Assembly (NCBI GenBank): GCA_036479435.1
Contig: JAZGFI010000198.1
Coordinates: 1-53,822 of the forward strand
Length of the DNA stretch: 53,822 nt
From: Planctomycetota bacterium
GTDB taxonomy: Bacteria; Planctomycetota; GCA-002687715; DRQF01
Direction of reading: 5' to 3'
Positions 21,803 through 32,019 of this stretch are shown piece after piece. Numbering within the stretch: position 1 is the stretch's first letter; each line of letters opens with the position of its first letter. The translations under genes and the position numbers were made by a program. The notes beneath the pieces were generated by a model that was given only the letters and a program-made list of their open reading frames with translations, searched no databases and had not been told where the DNA came from.

Positions 21803-21841
21803 GCCGGTCTTCCCCTTCGTGGTGAAGGCCGGCTCTTTTTT
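21803..21841 (+). terminator. Terminator-like hairpin between rpsG and fusA
   Basis: GCCGGTCTTC/GAAGGCCGGC 10-bp stem followed by TCTTTTTT, directly before the fusA SD. Confidence 0.65.
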
Positions 21842-21855
21842 GTGGAGGCGATGGT

Positions 21856-23928
21856 ATGGCGAGGACGAAGGTTGTCGAGCGTGACCGCGTTCGCAATATC
21901 GGCATCATCGCGCACATCGATGCGGGCAAGACCACAGTGTCGGAGCGCATCCTTTACTACACTGGCAAGGAACATCGTATTGGCGAAGTGCACGACGGCA
22001 CCGCGACGATGGACTACTTGCAGGAAGAGCAAGAGCGCGGCATCACCATCACCTCCGCCGCGACGACTTGCTACTGGCGCGATTTCGAGATCAACCTCAT
22101 TGATACCCCCGGCCACGTCGACTTCACGGCCGAGGTTGAGCGCTCTCTTCGGGTTCTCGACGGGGCCATTGGTGTGTTCTGCGGAGTCGGCGGTGTCGAG
22201 GCGCAGAGCGAAACCGTGTGGCGCCAAGCTAATCGCCATCGCGTCCCTCGCATTGTTTTCGTCAACAAGATGGATCGCGTTGGCGCAGACTTTTTTCGGG
22301 TCGTCAGCCAAATCCGAGAGCGGCTAAAGGGCAACCCGGTGGTCCTGCTCATGCCCATCGGCGCGGGCAAGGAATTCGAGGGCGTTATCGACCTCGTGCG
22401 CATGGAGGCGATCACCTACGACGAGGATTCAAAGGGCGCGAGCTTTCAATGCGTCCCGATTCCCGATGACCTTGCCGAGACGGCTCAGGAGCACCGGGCG
22501 ATTTTGGAAGAGCAGCTCGCCGAGACGAGCGACCATCTCACCGACCTGTTTTTGACGAATGACAAAATCGAGTTCGACGACCTTGTCAAGGGGATTCGCG
22601 AAGCCACTTTGGCCGACAAGATCACTCCGGTGTTTTGCGGCTCTGCTCTCAAAAACAAAGGCGTACAGCGATTGCTTGACGGTGTTACGGCATTCTTGCC
22701 TTCGCCGCTCGACGTCGCGCCCTTAACGGGTGAGCACCCCGAGACCGGTGAAGAAGTTAAAGTGCCAACCGATCCCAAGGGCCCCTTGGCGGCCTTGTGT
22801 TTCAAGACCATCGGCGACAAGCACGGCGACTTGACCTTCGTGCGCGTGTACTCCGGGACTTTGTTGCCTGGGAGCCAGGTGTACAACACGCGGGCGAAGA
22901 AGATGGAGCGCGTCGCGCGTGTGTTTCAGATGCACGCCGCCTCTCGCGAGCCCGTCGATTCGGCGCCCGCCGGCGCGATCGTGGCTACGCTCGGCATGAA
23001 GCAGGCGGTTACCGGTGACACGATCTGCGACAAGAAATCGCCTGTCATTCTCGAATCAATCAACTTTCCGGAAACCGTGATCAGTATTGCCATTGAGCCG
23101 AAAACCACCGCGGACCGCGAAAAGTTGGGGCAGGCGCTCAGCCAGCTTTCGAAAGAAGACCCCACTTTTCAGTGCCGCACTATTGAGGAGACCGGGCAGC
23201 TTTTGGTTTACGGGATGGGGGAGCTTCATCTCGAGATCATCCGCAACCGGCTGATTAACGACTTCAAGGTGGCGGTGACGGTCGGCAAGCCCCGCGTGGC
23301 CTTCAAACAGAGTCTCGGCGCACCGGGCCCGGCCAAGGCCGAGGGCAAGTTCGACCGCCAAATCGGCGGCGTTGGCCAATTTGGCCACGTGAACATCGAG
23401 GTCTTTCAAGCTGAGGACGAGATCTACAGCTTTGAGAATCTCGCTTCCGCTGAGCAAGTGCCTCAGGAGTTCGTGGGGCAAGTTGAGGCCGGTTGTCGTG
23501 AATCGGCTCTTTCCGGCCACGAGTTGGGTTTTCCGCTCATCAACGTCGGGGTCAAATTGATCGGCGGGAGCTTTTCCGAAGAAGACTCTAGTGAAATCGC
23601 CTTCTATCAGGCGGCAGTTCTGGCATTCCACAATGCGCTTGATAAAGTCGGCTGCTCATTGCTGGAACCCTACATGCGCATGCGCGTGACGGTCCCTCCA
23701 GAGTACTTGAGCAACATCATCGGCGATCTGAACTCCCGGCGCGCGAGCATTGAGGAGATCAATACCGGCGAAGACCCGAATGAGGTCATCGCCAGTGTGC
23801 CTTTGAGTGAGGTTTTTGGCTACGCATCGACATGCCGGTCGCTGACGCAAGGACGCGCCGGATTTTCGATGGAGCCGCTGGAGTACCGCCCGGTGCCCCC
23901 GCAGCTCGTTCAGCAACTCATTGGATAG
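21856..23928 (+). CDS. fusA: Elongation factor G family GTPase (divergent domain IV)
   Basis: 'AHIDAGKTT', 'RGITI', 'DTPGHVDF', 'NKMD'; located in the str operon. Confidence 0.95.
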   Translation: MARTKVVERDRVRNIGIIAHIDAGKTTVSERILYYTGKEHRIGEVHDGTATMDYLQEEQERGITITSAATTCYWRDFEINLIDTPGHVDFTAEVERSLRVLDGAIGVFCGVGGVEAQSETVWRQANRHRVPRIVFVNKMDRVGADFFRVVSQIRERLKGNPVVLLMPIGAGKEFEGVIDLVRMEAITYDEDSKGASFQCVPIPDDLAETAQEHRAILEEQLAETSDHLTDLFLTNDKIEFDDLVKGIREATLADKITPVFCGSALKNKGVQRLLDGVTAFLPSPLDVAPLTGEHPETGEEVKVPTDPKGPLAALCFKTIGDKHGDLTFVRVYSGTLLPGSQVYNTRAKKMERVARVFQMHAASREPVDSAPAGAIVATLGMKQAVTGDTICDKKSPVILESINFPETVISIAIEPKTTADREKLGQALSQLSKEDPTFQCRTIEETGQLLVYGMGELHLEIIRNRLINDFKVAVTVGKPRVAFKQSLGAPGPAKAEGKFDRQIGGVGQFGHVNIEVFQAEDEIYSFENLASAEQVPQEFVGQVEAGCRESALSGHELGFPLINVGVKLIGGSFSEEDSSEIAFYQAAVLAFHNALDKVGCSLLEPYMRMRVTVPPEYLSNIIGDLNSRRASIEEINTGEDPNEVIASVPLSEVFGYASTCRSLTQGRAGFSMEPLEYRPVPPQLVQQLIG

Positions 23929-24126
23929 CCATTGGCTGCCAAGGAGATCGCGACGACGAGCTGAGGGCCGACGGGGTAGGCTCAGATTTTTTCAAACAAA
24001 GTTCTCGTCTGGCGGCCCTCGGGCCGTTTTGGCCGCGAATGCGACTCTTTAAGTCCTGTTGTGACAGGTGTTTGGGGTTGTGCTGCGGCAGCTGCTTGAG
24101 CGGCCGCTGATGCTTGGCTCCTGCCC

Positions 24127-24156
24127 TTGGGAGTACCGGCGATGCGGTGATAGAGT
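24127..24156 (+). promoter_or_regulatory. Candidate promoter for the S10 operon
   Basis: TTGGGA-N18-TAGAGT with extended -10 TGn. Confidence 0.35.
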
Positions 24157-24382
24157 TGCCGCCCCCATCACGAGATGGGGACGATAGACGCGCAAGTTGT
24201 TGAGAAATAACGACTTTCGCCGCGCCCTTCCGGGCGCAGAGGAAGCCGCGGCGCTTGGGGCGCCGCAAAGTACAGCGCGCAAGTGCTGGAACAGTGGAAG
24301 AACACCGAGGGGAGCCTTGGCTCGCGCGTCGTACGCGTTGGCATCGAGGACCTTCGATCGAAGCAAGCGACGGAAGAGTCGA

Positions 24383-24688
24383 ATGAACGACAAGATCAAA
24401 ATCAGGCTCGAAGGCTACGACCATGTAGCCATCGATCAGTCGACGACGGAAATCGTCGAAGTCGCGCGTCGCACCGGTGCCACCTTGGTGGGCCCGATTC
24501 CGCTGCCGACCAAGATCGAGCGCTACACCGTTTTGCGCTCGCCGCACATCGACAAGAAGTCGCGCGAGCAGTTTGAAATCAGAACCCACAAGCGCGTGCT
24601 GTACCTCCGCAACCCAACCAAAAAAACCGTAGATGCTCTCAGTCGGCTGAATTTGCCGGCGGGTGTCGAGGTAAAGATCAAGGCATAA
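24383..24688 (+). CDS. rpsJ: 30S ribosomal protein S10
   Basis: 'GPIPLPT', '[20 protein letters not shown]'; start ATG 24383. Confidence 0.99.
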   Translation: MNDKIKIRLEGYDHVAIDQSTTEIVEVARRTGATLVGPIPLPTKIERYTVLRSPHIDKKSREQFEIRTHKRVLYLRNPTKKTVDALSRLNLPAGVEVKIKA

Positions 24689-24762
24689 GCCCGCGATCTT
24701 CGCCGTTCGTTCCCCGTTGACGGGGTAGGGGCGGGCGAGGTGGCGGTGCAAAAGGAATTGTC

Positions 24763-25410
24763 ATGGCGAAGTTGATCCTAGGTAAGAAGGGCCGCATGTC
24801 CCAGATGTTCACCGAAGAGGGTGTTTGCATCCCGGTGACTATTTGCGAAGTCGGCCCCTGTTACGTGACCAAAGTGCTGACCGAAAAGAGCGATGGCTAT
24901 AACGCTCTCCAGGTTGGCTTTGACGAAGTGCGCGACAAGGCGATCAGCAAGGCTGAACGCGGTCACCTGGCCAAGGTCGGAGTGAAACCGCAGCGCCATC
25001 TGCGTGAGATCCGCTTGGGCGAAGGCTCCAAGTTAGAGCTCGGCTCGGCCATCACCGTGGCGGACTTCGCCGAGGGTGAAAGGGTCGACATTGTCGGGAC
25101 TAGTAAAGGCCGTGGTTTCGCCGGGGTCATGAAGCGACACGGCTTTGCCGGTGGGCGCATGACGCACGGGGGCATGGCTCGCCGTGGTCCTGGTGCGATC
25201 GGCATGTCGGCTTATCCCGGCAAGGTCATGAAGGGCAAGAAAATGTCCGGCCACATGGGCGCTTGCCGCGTGACGACCAAGAACTGCGAGATCGTCGGCG
25301 TTGACGCTGAAAGAAATCTGCTGTTCATCAGAGGCGCCGTTTCGGGATACCGAGGCGGCTTGATTTACATCCGAACCGCCAAGACCGCCAAGGTCCGCAA
25401 GGGTAATTAA
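24763..25410 (+). CDS. rplC: 50S ribosomal protein L3
   Basis: '[10 protein letters not shown]', '[17 protein letters not shown]', '[10 protein letters not shown]'. Confidence 0.98.
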   Translation: MAKLILGKKGRMSQMFTEEGVCIPVTICEVGPCYVTKVLTEKSDGYNALQVGFDEVRDKAISKAERGHLAKVGVKPQRHLREIRLGEGSKLELGSAITVADFAEGERVDIVGTSKGRGFAGVMKRHGFAGGRMTHGGMARRGPGAIGMSAYPGKVMKGKKMSGHMGACRVTTKNCEIVGVDAERNLLFIRGAVSGYRGGLIYIRTAKTAKVRKGN

Positions 25411-25424
25411 GGGAGACGGTAAGG

Positions 25425-26048
25425 ATGGAAGTTAGCATCAGACGCAATGGCAAGACGCAAACTGCGGAAGTCGACACCGACTTTCTTGGTGATCTTGTCC
25501 GCGGCCGTCTCCTTCGCCATGCGGTGAGGATGTACGAGACCAACAAGCGCCAAGGTACTCACTCTGTGAAGGGGCGCAGCGATTTGCCTTTCCGCAAGTC
25601 AGCGCTCTTCAAGCAAAAGGGCACCGGCCGTGCTCGTGTTCGTCACCCTCAGGCTACGCAGTGCCGTAGCGGTGGTGTTCCACACGGTCCTAAAGTCCGC
25701 GACTACAGTTACAGCATGCCCAAGCGAGCTCGCCGTGAGGCGATGCGCTCGGCTTTGCTTTCCAAGTTTCGCGACGGCGAGATCTCTTTGATCGATAGCC
25801 TGGCTTTCGGCGCACCCAAGACCAAAGAAGTCATCAGTCTTCTGGATGACTTCGGTGCGACGGGCAAAAAATGCCTCATCGTTTACAACGAACGAAGCGA
25901 CAACTTCTTGTTGTCGACCCGCAACCTGCGCCGTGTCGAAGTGATGCCGGTGGAAGAGCTCAACGCCTACGCGTTGCTCCGCCACAAAAAAGTCATCATG
26001 ACCGAAGGCGCGTTGGAGATCATTCGGGAGAATTCCAATGAGTCATGA
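25425..26048 (+). CDS. rplD: 50S ribosomal protein L4
   Basis: 'RQGTHSVK', 'KQKGTGRAR', 'GGVPHGPK'. Confidence 0.98.
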   Translation: MEVSIRRNGKTQTAEVDTDFLGDLVRGRLLRHAVRMYETNKRQGTHSVKGRSDLPFRKSALFKQKGTGRARVRHPQATQCRSGGVPHGPKVRDYSYSMPKRARREAMRSALLSKFRDGEISLIDSLAFGAPKTKEVISLLDDFGATGKKCLIVYNERSDNFLLSTRNLRRVEVMPVEELNAYALLRHKKVIMTEGALEIIRENSNES

Positions 26049-26322
26049 TGTCTACGGCGTCATTCGAAAGCCGCTCGTCACCGAAAAGAACATGCACCGC
26101 GTTGAGGCTCGGAATGAATACACCTTTGAGGTGAAGCCCGGAGCCAACAAGGTCGAAATCCGCACCGCGGTCGAAGCCCTCTTCAAAGTGAAGGTCGCCG
26201 CCGTGCGCACCATCACTGTCAAGGGCAAGCGCAAGCGTCACGGCGCGAACCACCACTTTACGTCGGGCAAAAAGAAAGCCATCGTCAAGCTCAAAGAAGG
26301 CAGCAAGATCGAACTGATCTGA
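26038..26322 (+). CDS. rplW: 50S ribosomal protein L23
   Basis: 'PLVTEK', 'ANKVEIR.AVE.LFKVKV', 'KKAIVKL'. Confidence 0.98.
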   Translation: MSHDVYGVIRKPLVTEKNMHRVEARNEYTFEVKPGANKVEIRTAVEALFKVKVAAVRTITVKGKRKRHGANHHFTSGKKKAIVKLKEGSKIELI

Positions 26323-26344
26323 GCCGGAACGAAGGAAGAACACT

Positions 26345-27184
26345 ATGGCCATTCGCCGATTCAAACCGACTTCACCAGGGCGCCGTCACGGCTCGGTTCT
26401 AGATTTCCGTCAGGATCTCACGACCGACAAGCCGGAGAAGTCGCTGCTCGAGCCGCAAAAAAGCACGGGTGGACGCAACAGTTACGGTCGTATGACCGTG
26501 CGTCGCCGTGGTGGTGCCGCTCGTCATCACTATCGTCGCATCGACTTCAAGCGGAACAAAGACGGCGTCCCAGCCAAAGTCAAGACGATCGAATACGATC
26601 CGAATCGAAGCGCGAACATTGCCCTCATCTGCTACGCGGATGGCGAAAAGCGATACATCCTCGCGCCTAAGGGGCTCGAAGTGGGGCAGGCCATTTCCAG
26701 TGGCCCTGGCTCGGAGCCCAAGTCGGGCAACTCGCTGGCGCTCTCCGAAATCCCGATCGGACTCGATGTGCACAACATTGAGCTCACGCCGGGTAAGGGC
26801 GGCCAGATCGGTCGTTCGGCGGGCACCGTATGTCGCCTACTGGCGCGTGAGGGCCACTACGCCACGATTATCATGCCCTCGGGCGAAATGCGTCGCATTC
26901 ACGCGACCTGTCGCGCGACGATTGGGTCGATCGGCAACTCGGATCACATGCACGTATCGTTGGGTAAGGCCGGCCGTGCGCGTCACATGGGCCGGCGGCC
27001 TAAGGTTCGCGGTACGGCACAAAACCCGGTCGCTCACCCCATGGGTGGTGGCGAAGGGCGAAGTGCGGGTGGTCGTCACCCCTGCTCGCCGACGGGTGTT
27101 CTCGCCAAGGGTGGCGCGACGCGCAAACCCAACAAGTCGAGCAGCAAGTTCATCGTCCGTTCGCGGAAGAAGAAGAGAAGATAA
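26345..27184 (+). CDS. rplB: 50S ribosomal protein L2
   Basis: '[13 protein letters not shown]', 'HPMGGGEG'. Confidence 0.99.
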   Translation: MAIRRFKPTSPGRRHGSVLDFRQDLTTDKPEKSLLEPQKSTGGRNSYGRMTVRRRGGAARHHYRRIDFKRNKDGVPAKVKTIEYDPNRSANIALICYADGEKRYILAPKGLEVGQAISSGPGSEPKSGNSLALSEIPIGLDVHNIELTPGKGGQIGRSAGTVCRLLAREGHYATIIMPSGEMRRIHATCRATIGSIGNSDHMHVSLGKAGRARHMGRRPKVRGTAQNPVAHPMGGGEGRSAGGRHPCSPTGVLAKGGATRKPNKSSSKFIVRSRKKKRR

Positions 27185-27195
27185 GGGGCGCTTAA

Positions 27196-27468
27196 ATGAG
27201 TCGTTCAACAAAAAAAGGTCCCTACGTGGACGAGAAACTCCTTCGCAAGACTCTTGCGATGGGGGGCGCGGTCAAAAAGGAGCCCATGAAGACATGGGCC
27301 CGCGCCTGCACCATCACGCCGGACTTCGTGAACCACACCTACTTGGTTCACAACGGTCGTTCGCACGTGCGGGTGTTCGTCACCGAAGACATGGTAGGCC
27401 ACAAGCTCGGCGAGTTTGCGCCCACGCGCACCTACTACGGCCATGGCAAGGACAGGAAGCGGAAATAG
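27196..27468 (+). CDS. rpsS: 30S ribosomal protein S19
   Basis: '[10 protein letters not shown]', '[13 protein letters not shown]'. Confidence 0.99.
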   Translation: MSRSTKKGPYVDEKLLRKTLAMGGAVKKEPMKTWARACTITPDFVNHTYLVHNGRSHVRVFVTEDMVGHKLGEFAPTRTYYGHGKDRKRK

Positions 27469-27490
27469 TCCGCTCGCGAAAGGAAGATTC

Positions 27491-27880
27491 ATGGAATTCA
27501 AGGCCAGTCATCGCTACGCACCGATGAGCGCTCGTAAGGCGCGCCCGGTCGTCGACATGGTGCGCGGCATGCAGGTTGATCACGCGCTTGAGGCGCTGAC
27601 CACCACGCATCGTCGAGCATCGATGCTCTTGAACAAGGTGATTCGCTCTGCGATCGCCAATGCTGCCGATCGCCAGGCGATCGAGTCGAGTGAGCTCTAC
27701 ATCGTACGCGCCATCGCGAACGAAGGACCGCTCAAGCAGGGGCGCATGCGCTGGCGTCCCGGCGCGATGGGACGCATTAAGCCCATTCGCAAGCGCACGA
27801 GTCACCTCGAGGTGACTTTGGGTTTGCGCCCGAGTGGGCGCAGTAGCTCGCGCCGACGTTCGGAAGCCAGCGAAGAGTAG
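27491..27880 (+). CDS. rplV: 50S ribosomal protein L22
   Basis: 'SARKARPVVDMVRG', 'SAIANA', 'IRKRTSHL'; start ATG 27491. Confidence 0.97.
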   Translation: MEFKASHRYAPMSARKARPVVDMVRGMQVDHALEALTTTHRRASMLLNKVIRSAIANAADRQAIESSELYIVRAIANEGPLKQGRMRWRPGAMGRIKPIRKRTSHLEVTLGLRPSGRSSSRRRSEASEE

Positions 27881-27949
27881 TCAACCCTCTGGCTGCGGTC
27901 AGAGCTAAGCAACACAAGCCACTCACAAGGTGGCGCCAGGAGAGACAGA

Positions 27950-28603
27950 ATGGGTCAAAAAATTCACCCCACAGGATTCAGGATCGGGATCACCCTTCCC
28001 TGGATCAGCCGGTGGAACGCGACGAAGGCGGAGTTTCGCGCCTTTATCCTTCAGGATTACAAGATTCGTACCTTCCTCGATCGTCACTACGACTTTGCTG
28101 GTATCTCCAAGGTCGAGATCGAGCGCACCCGTGAGCAGATCACCGTGATCATCTCGACGGCTCGCCCCGGCCTTCTGATCGGCCGCAAGGGCAAAAAGCT
28201 CGACGAGCTAAAAGTCGATCTCGCGAAGATCGTTGGCGATGTCAAGATGCCAGTGAAAATTGTCATCAACGAGCTCGGCCGGCCGGAACTCGACGCGCGT
28301 ATCGTCGCTCAGAGTGTCGCCGAGCAACTGTCCAAGCGCATGCCTTTTCGCCGCGTGCTGAAGAAGACCCTGCAAGCCACGATGGCGGCCGGTGCCAAGG
28401 GCATCAAGGTTCGTATCGCGGGCCGCTTGGGCGGCGCTGAAATGGGTCGGACCGAAACTCAGGTATTGGGCAGCGTGCCGCTGACCACCCTTGATGCAGA
28501 CATCAGTTACGCGCTTTGCGAAGCCGCTACGACTTTTGGCGTTATCGGCGTCAAGGTTTGGGTTCACCGCGAAGTTGCCAAGGAAAAACCAGCGCGCGCC
28601 TAA
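27950..28603 (+). CDS. rpsC: 30S ribosomal protein S3
   Basis: 'MGQKIHPTGFRIG', 'GRLGGAEM'. Confidence 0.99.
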   Translation: MGQKIHPTGFRIGITLPWISRWNATKAEFRAFILQDYKIRTFLDRHYDFAGISKVEIERTREQITVIISTARPGLLIGRKGKKLDELKVDLAKIVGDVKMPVKIVINELGRPELDARIVAQSVAEQLSKRMPFRRVLKKTLQATMAAGAKGIKVRIAGRLGGAEMGRTETQVLGSVPLTTLDADISYALCEAATTFGVIGVKVWVHREVAKEKPARA

Positions 28604-28627
28604 GCGTCGCTGTCAAGGAGACCAGTC

Positions 28628-29047
28628 ATGGCATTGATGCCGAAAAGAGTCAAGCGCCGAAAGCTGCAGCGCGGCCGCATCCGCGGCAAAGCGACGCGCG
28701 GTAATACCGTTGCTTTCGGTGAGTATGGGCTTCAATCTCTTGAGTCCGGATGGATAACGTCGCGGCAGATAGAGTCCGCTCGTATTGCCGCGAACCAGAT
28801 GGTGCGTGGTGAAGGCCGCCTTTGGATCCGCATCTTTCCGCAGAAGTCGGTGACCGCGACCCCGCTCGAAACACGCATGGGTAAGGGCAAGGGCGAAATC
28901 GACTTTTGGTGCGCCGTCGTCAAAGAGGGCACCATCCTCTACGAAGTTGGCGGGGTTAACGAAGAGCGGGCCAAGAAAGCCCTGGCGCGCGCCGCACACA
29001 AGATGCCCGTGCGTTGCCGGCTCGTGAAACGGAGGGCCAAGGTTTGA
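28628..29047 (+). CDS. rplP: 50S ribosomal protein L16
   Basis: 'LMPKRVK.RK', 'RQIESAR', 'ETRMGKGKG'. Confidence 0.99.
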   Translation: MALMPKRVKRRKLQRGRIRGKATRGNTVAFGEYGLQSLESGWITSRQIESARIAANQMVRGEGRLWIRIFPQKSVTATPLETRMGKGKGEIDFWCAVVKEGTILYEVGGVNEERAKKALARAAHKMPVRCRLVKRRAKV

Positions 29048-29265
29048 GACTCGACGAAATCCGTGGCAAAGACGACGCCGACCTCGAGGTTATCCTCGAG
29101 AACACACGGCGAAGCATCTTTGACCACCGCTTCAAGTCGGCGACGGGTGATATTGAGAACCCGAATGCCTTCCGCGAAATGAAGAAGACGGTTGCTCGCA
29201 TCAAGACTGTGCTGGTCGAGCGAACCCAAGGCATACGCGGTGCGACACCGCACAAGGATGACTGA
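29044..29265 (+). CDS. rpmC: 50S ribosomal protein L29
   Basis: 'KKTVARIKTVLVER'; TTG start overlapping the rplP stop (TTGA). Confidence 0.93.
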   Translation: MRLDEIRGKDDADLEVILENTRRSIFDHRFKSATGDIENPNAFREMKKTVARIKTVLVERTQGIRGATPHKDD

Positions 29266-29268
29266 TCG

Positions 29269-29562
29269 ATGACTGAAGAACGCAACAACCGCAAAACGGT
29301 CGTTGGCACCGTCACGAGCGACAAGATGGCGAAGACGGTGACCGTCAAGTCCGAGCGACTTGTGAAGCACCCTCGCTTTCTCAAGTACGTGAAGCGCTAC
29401 ACGACTTTTCATGCGCACGATGAAACTAACGACTGCCGGGTCGGCGATACGGTTGAGCTCGTCGAGTGTCGTCCGCTCTCAAAGATCAAGCGCTACCGGG
29501 TCATCAACGTCGTCCGTCGCGGCAAGGGCCATGCGCCCCGCGAAGGAGGTCAGGACTCATGA
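29269..29562 (+). CDS. rpsQ: 30S ribosomal protein S17
   Basis: '[12 protein letters not shown]', '[10 protein letters not shown]'. Confidence 0.98.
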   Translation: MTEERNNRKTVVGTVTSDKMAKTVTVKSERLVKHPRFLKYVKRYTTFHAHDETNDCRVGDTVELVECRPLSKIKRYRVINVVRRGKGHAPREGGQDS

Positions 29563-29927
29563 TTCAGATGCAATCTCGGCTCGAAGTGGCCGACAATTCT
29601 GGCGCCAAGATGGTGCAGTGCATCAAGGTGCTGGGCGGCTCCAAGCGTCGCTACGCTCATATTGGTGATCTGGTGAAGGTCACCGTGAAGAAGGCGATGC
29701 CCGGCAGCAACATCAAAAAGGGCGAAGTCACGACCGCCGTCATCGTGCGTACTAAGCACGCGGTGCGCCGCGAGGACGGCTCCTATGTTCGCTTTGACAC
29801 GAACGCGGCCGTGATCGTCGATGGAGATGGCAATCCGAAAGGTACTCGTATCTTCGGTGCTGTCGCGCGCGAATTGCGCAAGAAAAAATTCATGAAGATC
29901 GTGTCGCTCGCCTCCGAGGTGGTGTGA
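29559..29927 (+). CDS. rplN: 50S ribosomal protein L14
   Basis: '[17 protein letters not shown]', '[12 protein letters not shown]'; ATGA overlap with rpsQ. Confidence 0.99.
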   Translation: MIQMQSRLEVADNSGAKMVQCIKVLGGSKRRYAHIGDLVKVTVKKAMPGSNIKKGEVTTAVIVRTKHAVRREDGSYVRFDTNAAVIVDGDGNPKGTRIFGAVARELRKKKFMKIVSLASEVV

Positions 29928-29954
29928 GCGTGACGCTTCGACGAGGACGCTGAA

Positions 29955-30335
29955 ATGGCGACAAGAATAAAAGTCGGTGACACCGTCGTGGTGACCGCCG
30001 GAAAAGACAAGGGGAAGCGCGGCCGTGTGCAGCGCATCCTGAAATGTAAAGAACGCTGCATTGTCGAAGGGGTGAACAAGGTCACGCGCCACAAGCGTCG
30101 CGACCCACAAAACCCCTCCGCAGGCGGACGCGTGGAAGGCGAAGCTGCGCTTCATATTTCCAACGTCATGCCCTGGTCCGACAAGGACGGCAAAGGCGTT
30201 CGGGTCCGGATGGGCGAGCAGAAGGGCAAAAAAGTCCGCCTCTCCGTCGCTTCGGGTGATGTGCTTACCGCGGCTCCCGCGGTGGCCGTCGATGAAAACG
30301 CGAAGTCCAAAAAGAAGAAGGACGCCGACGCTTAG
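29955..30335 (+). CDS. rplX: 50S ribosomal protein L24
   Basis: KOW 'GDTVVVTAGKDKGK', 'EAALHISNV'. Confidence 0.98.
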   Translation: MATRIKVGDTVVVTAGKDKGKRGRVQRILKCKERCIVEGVNKVTRHKRRDPQNPSAGGRVEGEAALHISNVMPWSDKDGKGVRVRMGEQKGKKVRLSVASGDVLTAAPAVAVDENAKSKKKKDADA

Positions 30336-30351
30336 GCGTTGGAGCTGAACG

Positions 30352-30912
30352 ATGACTGAAACGACATACGTCCCTCGCCTCAGGAAACTCTACGACGATG
30401 AGATCCTCAAGGCGGTGAGCGAAAAGTTCAAACTTGAGAATGTCCACGAGGCGCCACACTTGCAAAAGATCGTGGTGAACATGGGCGTTGGCAAGGCGAT
30501 CGAGAACAAAAAGCGACTCGAGCAAGCCGCAGCGGACCTCGCACTGATCACCGGCCAAAAGCCCCAGATCTGTAAGGCGAAGCGCTCGGTGGCTGGTTTT
30601 AAGTTGCGTGAAGGAATGCCCATCGGTTGCCGCGTGACACTGCGCGGGCCCCGCATGTGGGATTTCCTCGACCGTTTGTTGTCCTTGGCGATGCCGCGAA
30701 TCCGCGACTTTCGGGGAATCAAACGCAGCAGTTTTGACGGGCGCGGCAACTTCTCTTTGGGAATAGGCGACCAGCTTGTGTTTCCCGAAGTGAAAGTCGA
30801 CCGAGTCGAGCACCAACAGGGAATGGACGTCACGATCGTCATGACCGGCAACAGTGACGCCATGTCGCTTGAGCTGCTCACGCGACTCGGGATGCCTTTC
30901 CGCAAGGACTAA
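30352..30912 (+). CDS. rplE: 50S ribosomal protein L5
   Basis: 'KIVVNMGVG', 'FKLREGMPIGCRVTLRG', 'PRIRDFRG'. Confidence 0.99.
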   Translation: MTETTYVPRLRKLYDDEILKAVSEKFKLENVHEAPHLQKIVVNMGVGKAIENKKRLEQAAADLALITGQKPQICKAKRSVAGFKLREGMPIGCRVTLRGPRMWDFLDRLLSLAMPRIRDFRGIKRSSFDGRGNFSLGIGDQLVFPEVKVDRVEHQQGMDVTIVMTGNSDAMSLELLTRLGMPFRKD

Positions 30913-30915
30913 GGA

Positions 30916-31038
30916 ATGAACGCGGCCGACCCTAGACTCGGCCTTGGAATCGAGGCATTGGCTCGATCCTTGGAAACAAACACCGGCCGACTGTCGGCCT
31001 CGGCGACTCAATCGCTGGAAGTGAGGAACCTTTTATGA
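30916..31038 (+). CDS. Candidate 40-aa small ORF occupying the rpsN position
   Basis: ATG 3 nt after the rplE stop; AAGGA 7 nt upstream; open to a TGA overlapping the rpsH ATG; no visible similarity to S14. Confidence 0.3.
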   Translation: MNAADPRLGLGIEALARSLETNTGRLSASATQSLEVRNLL

Positions 31039-31436
31039 GCATGACCGATCCTATCGCGGACATGTTGACGCGCATCCGCAACGCCACCGCCATCCGGCGT
31101 GGGCACGTGGACGTCCCCTTGAGCAAGCTCAAGGTCGGCGTGGCAGACGTTTTGAAGCGTAGCGGCTTCATTCGCGACTTTCGCGTGCTGGATGGCCGCC
31201 CGGTCGAACGAATGATTCGTATCGACCTCAAGTACGGTCAGGATGGCGAGAACGTCATCAACGAAATTCAGCGCTTCAGCAAACCAGGACGCCGCATGTA
31301 CCGCGCCGTCTCTGAATTGCCTGAAGTCCTGAATGGTCTTGGGATCTGCATCATCAGCACCTCGCAGGGAGTCTTGAATGACGCCGAGGCGCGCGAAAAG
31401 AATACCGGGGGCGAGGTTCTCGCCACCGTTTGGTAG
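31035..31436 (+). CDS. rpsH: 30S ribosomal protein S8
   Basis: 'MSMTDPIADMLTRIRNA', 'SKPGRR.Y', 'GGEVLA.VW'. Confidence 0.99.
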   Translation: MSMTDPIADMLTRIRNATAIRRGHVDVPLSKLKVGVADVLKRSGFIRDFRVLDGRPVERMIRIDLKYGQDGENVINEIQRFSKPGRRMYRAVSELPEVLNGLGICIISTSQGVLNDAEAREKNTGGEVLATVW

Positions 31437-31448
31437 GGAAATTTAGTC

Positions 31449-31994
31449 ATGTCTCGAGTGGGCAAAAAACCAGTAGCGATCATCGACGGGGTGACGGTTA
31501 GCGTCAGCGCTGGCGTCGTTACGGTCAAAGGTAGTAAGGGTGAGCTTAAGCAGCCCTTCGATCATCACGCCATCGACATCGAAGTCGCTGACGGCGAAGT
31601 ACGCGTAACCCGCAAGAACGACTTAAAGTCAGTTCGCGCCAAGCACGGTCTTTACCGCGCGCTGGTGCAGAACATGATCGATGGTTGTGCGAAGGGTTTT
31701 GAGCGCAAACTGGAAATCAACGGCGTCGGTTACCAGGCGAAAGCTGCGGGTAAGAAGCTCACGCTTCAGATTGGCTTTTGCCATCCGGTAGAGTTTGACG
31801 TGCCAGCCGGAGTGACGGTCGAAACACCAAAGAACACCGAGATATTGATCTCGGGACCAGACAAACAAGCGGTGGGTCAGATGGCGGCGAATATCCGTCG
31901 TGTCCGCCCGCCGGAGCCCTACAAGGGCAAGGGAATTAAATACTCCGACGAGATCATCCGCCGCAAGGCCGGTAAGACCGTCGCCGGTAAGTAG
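31449..31994 (+). CDS. rplF: 50S ribosomal protein L6
   Basis: 'MSRVGKKP', '[13 protein letters not shown]'. Confidence 0.99.
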   Translation: MSRVGKKPVAIIDGVTVSVSAGVVTVKGSKGELKQPFDHHAIDIEVADGEVRVTRKNDLKSVRAKHGLYRALVQNMIDGCAKGFERKLEINGVGYQAKAAGKKLTLQIGFCHPVEFDVPAGVTVETPKNTEILISGPDKQAVGQMAANIRRVRPPEPYKGKGIKYSDEIIRRKAGKTVAGK

Positions 31995-32019
31995 GAAACG
32001 GATTAGTCCGAGAAATATC

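Noticed and set aside
24197..24382. N-terminal extensions in the ORF track for rpsJ, and likewise rplA, rplV, rplN, rplR, adk and the patatin
   Set aside because: Artifacts of longest-ORF calling; downstream starts match the family N-termini
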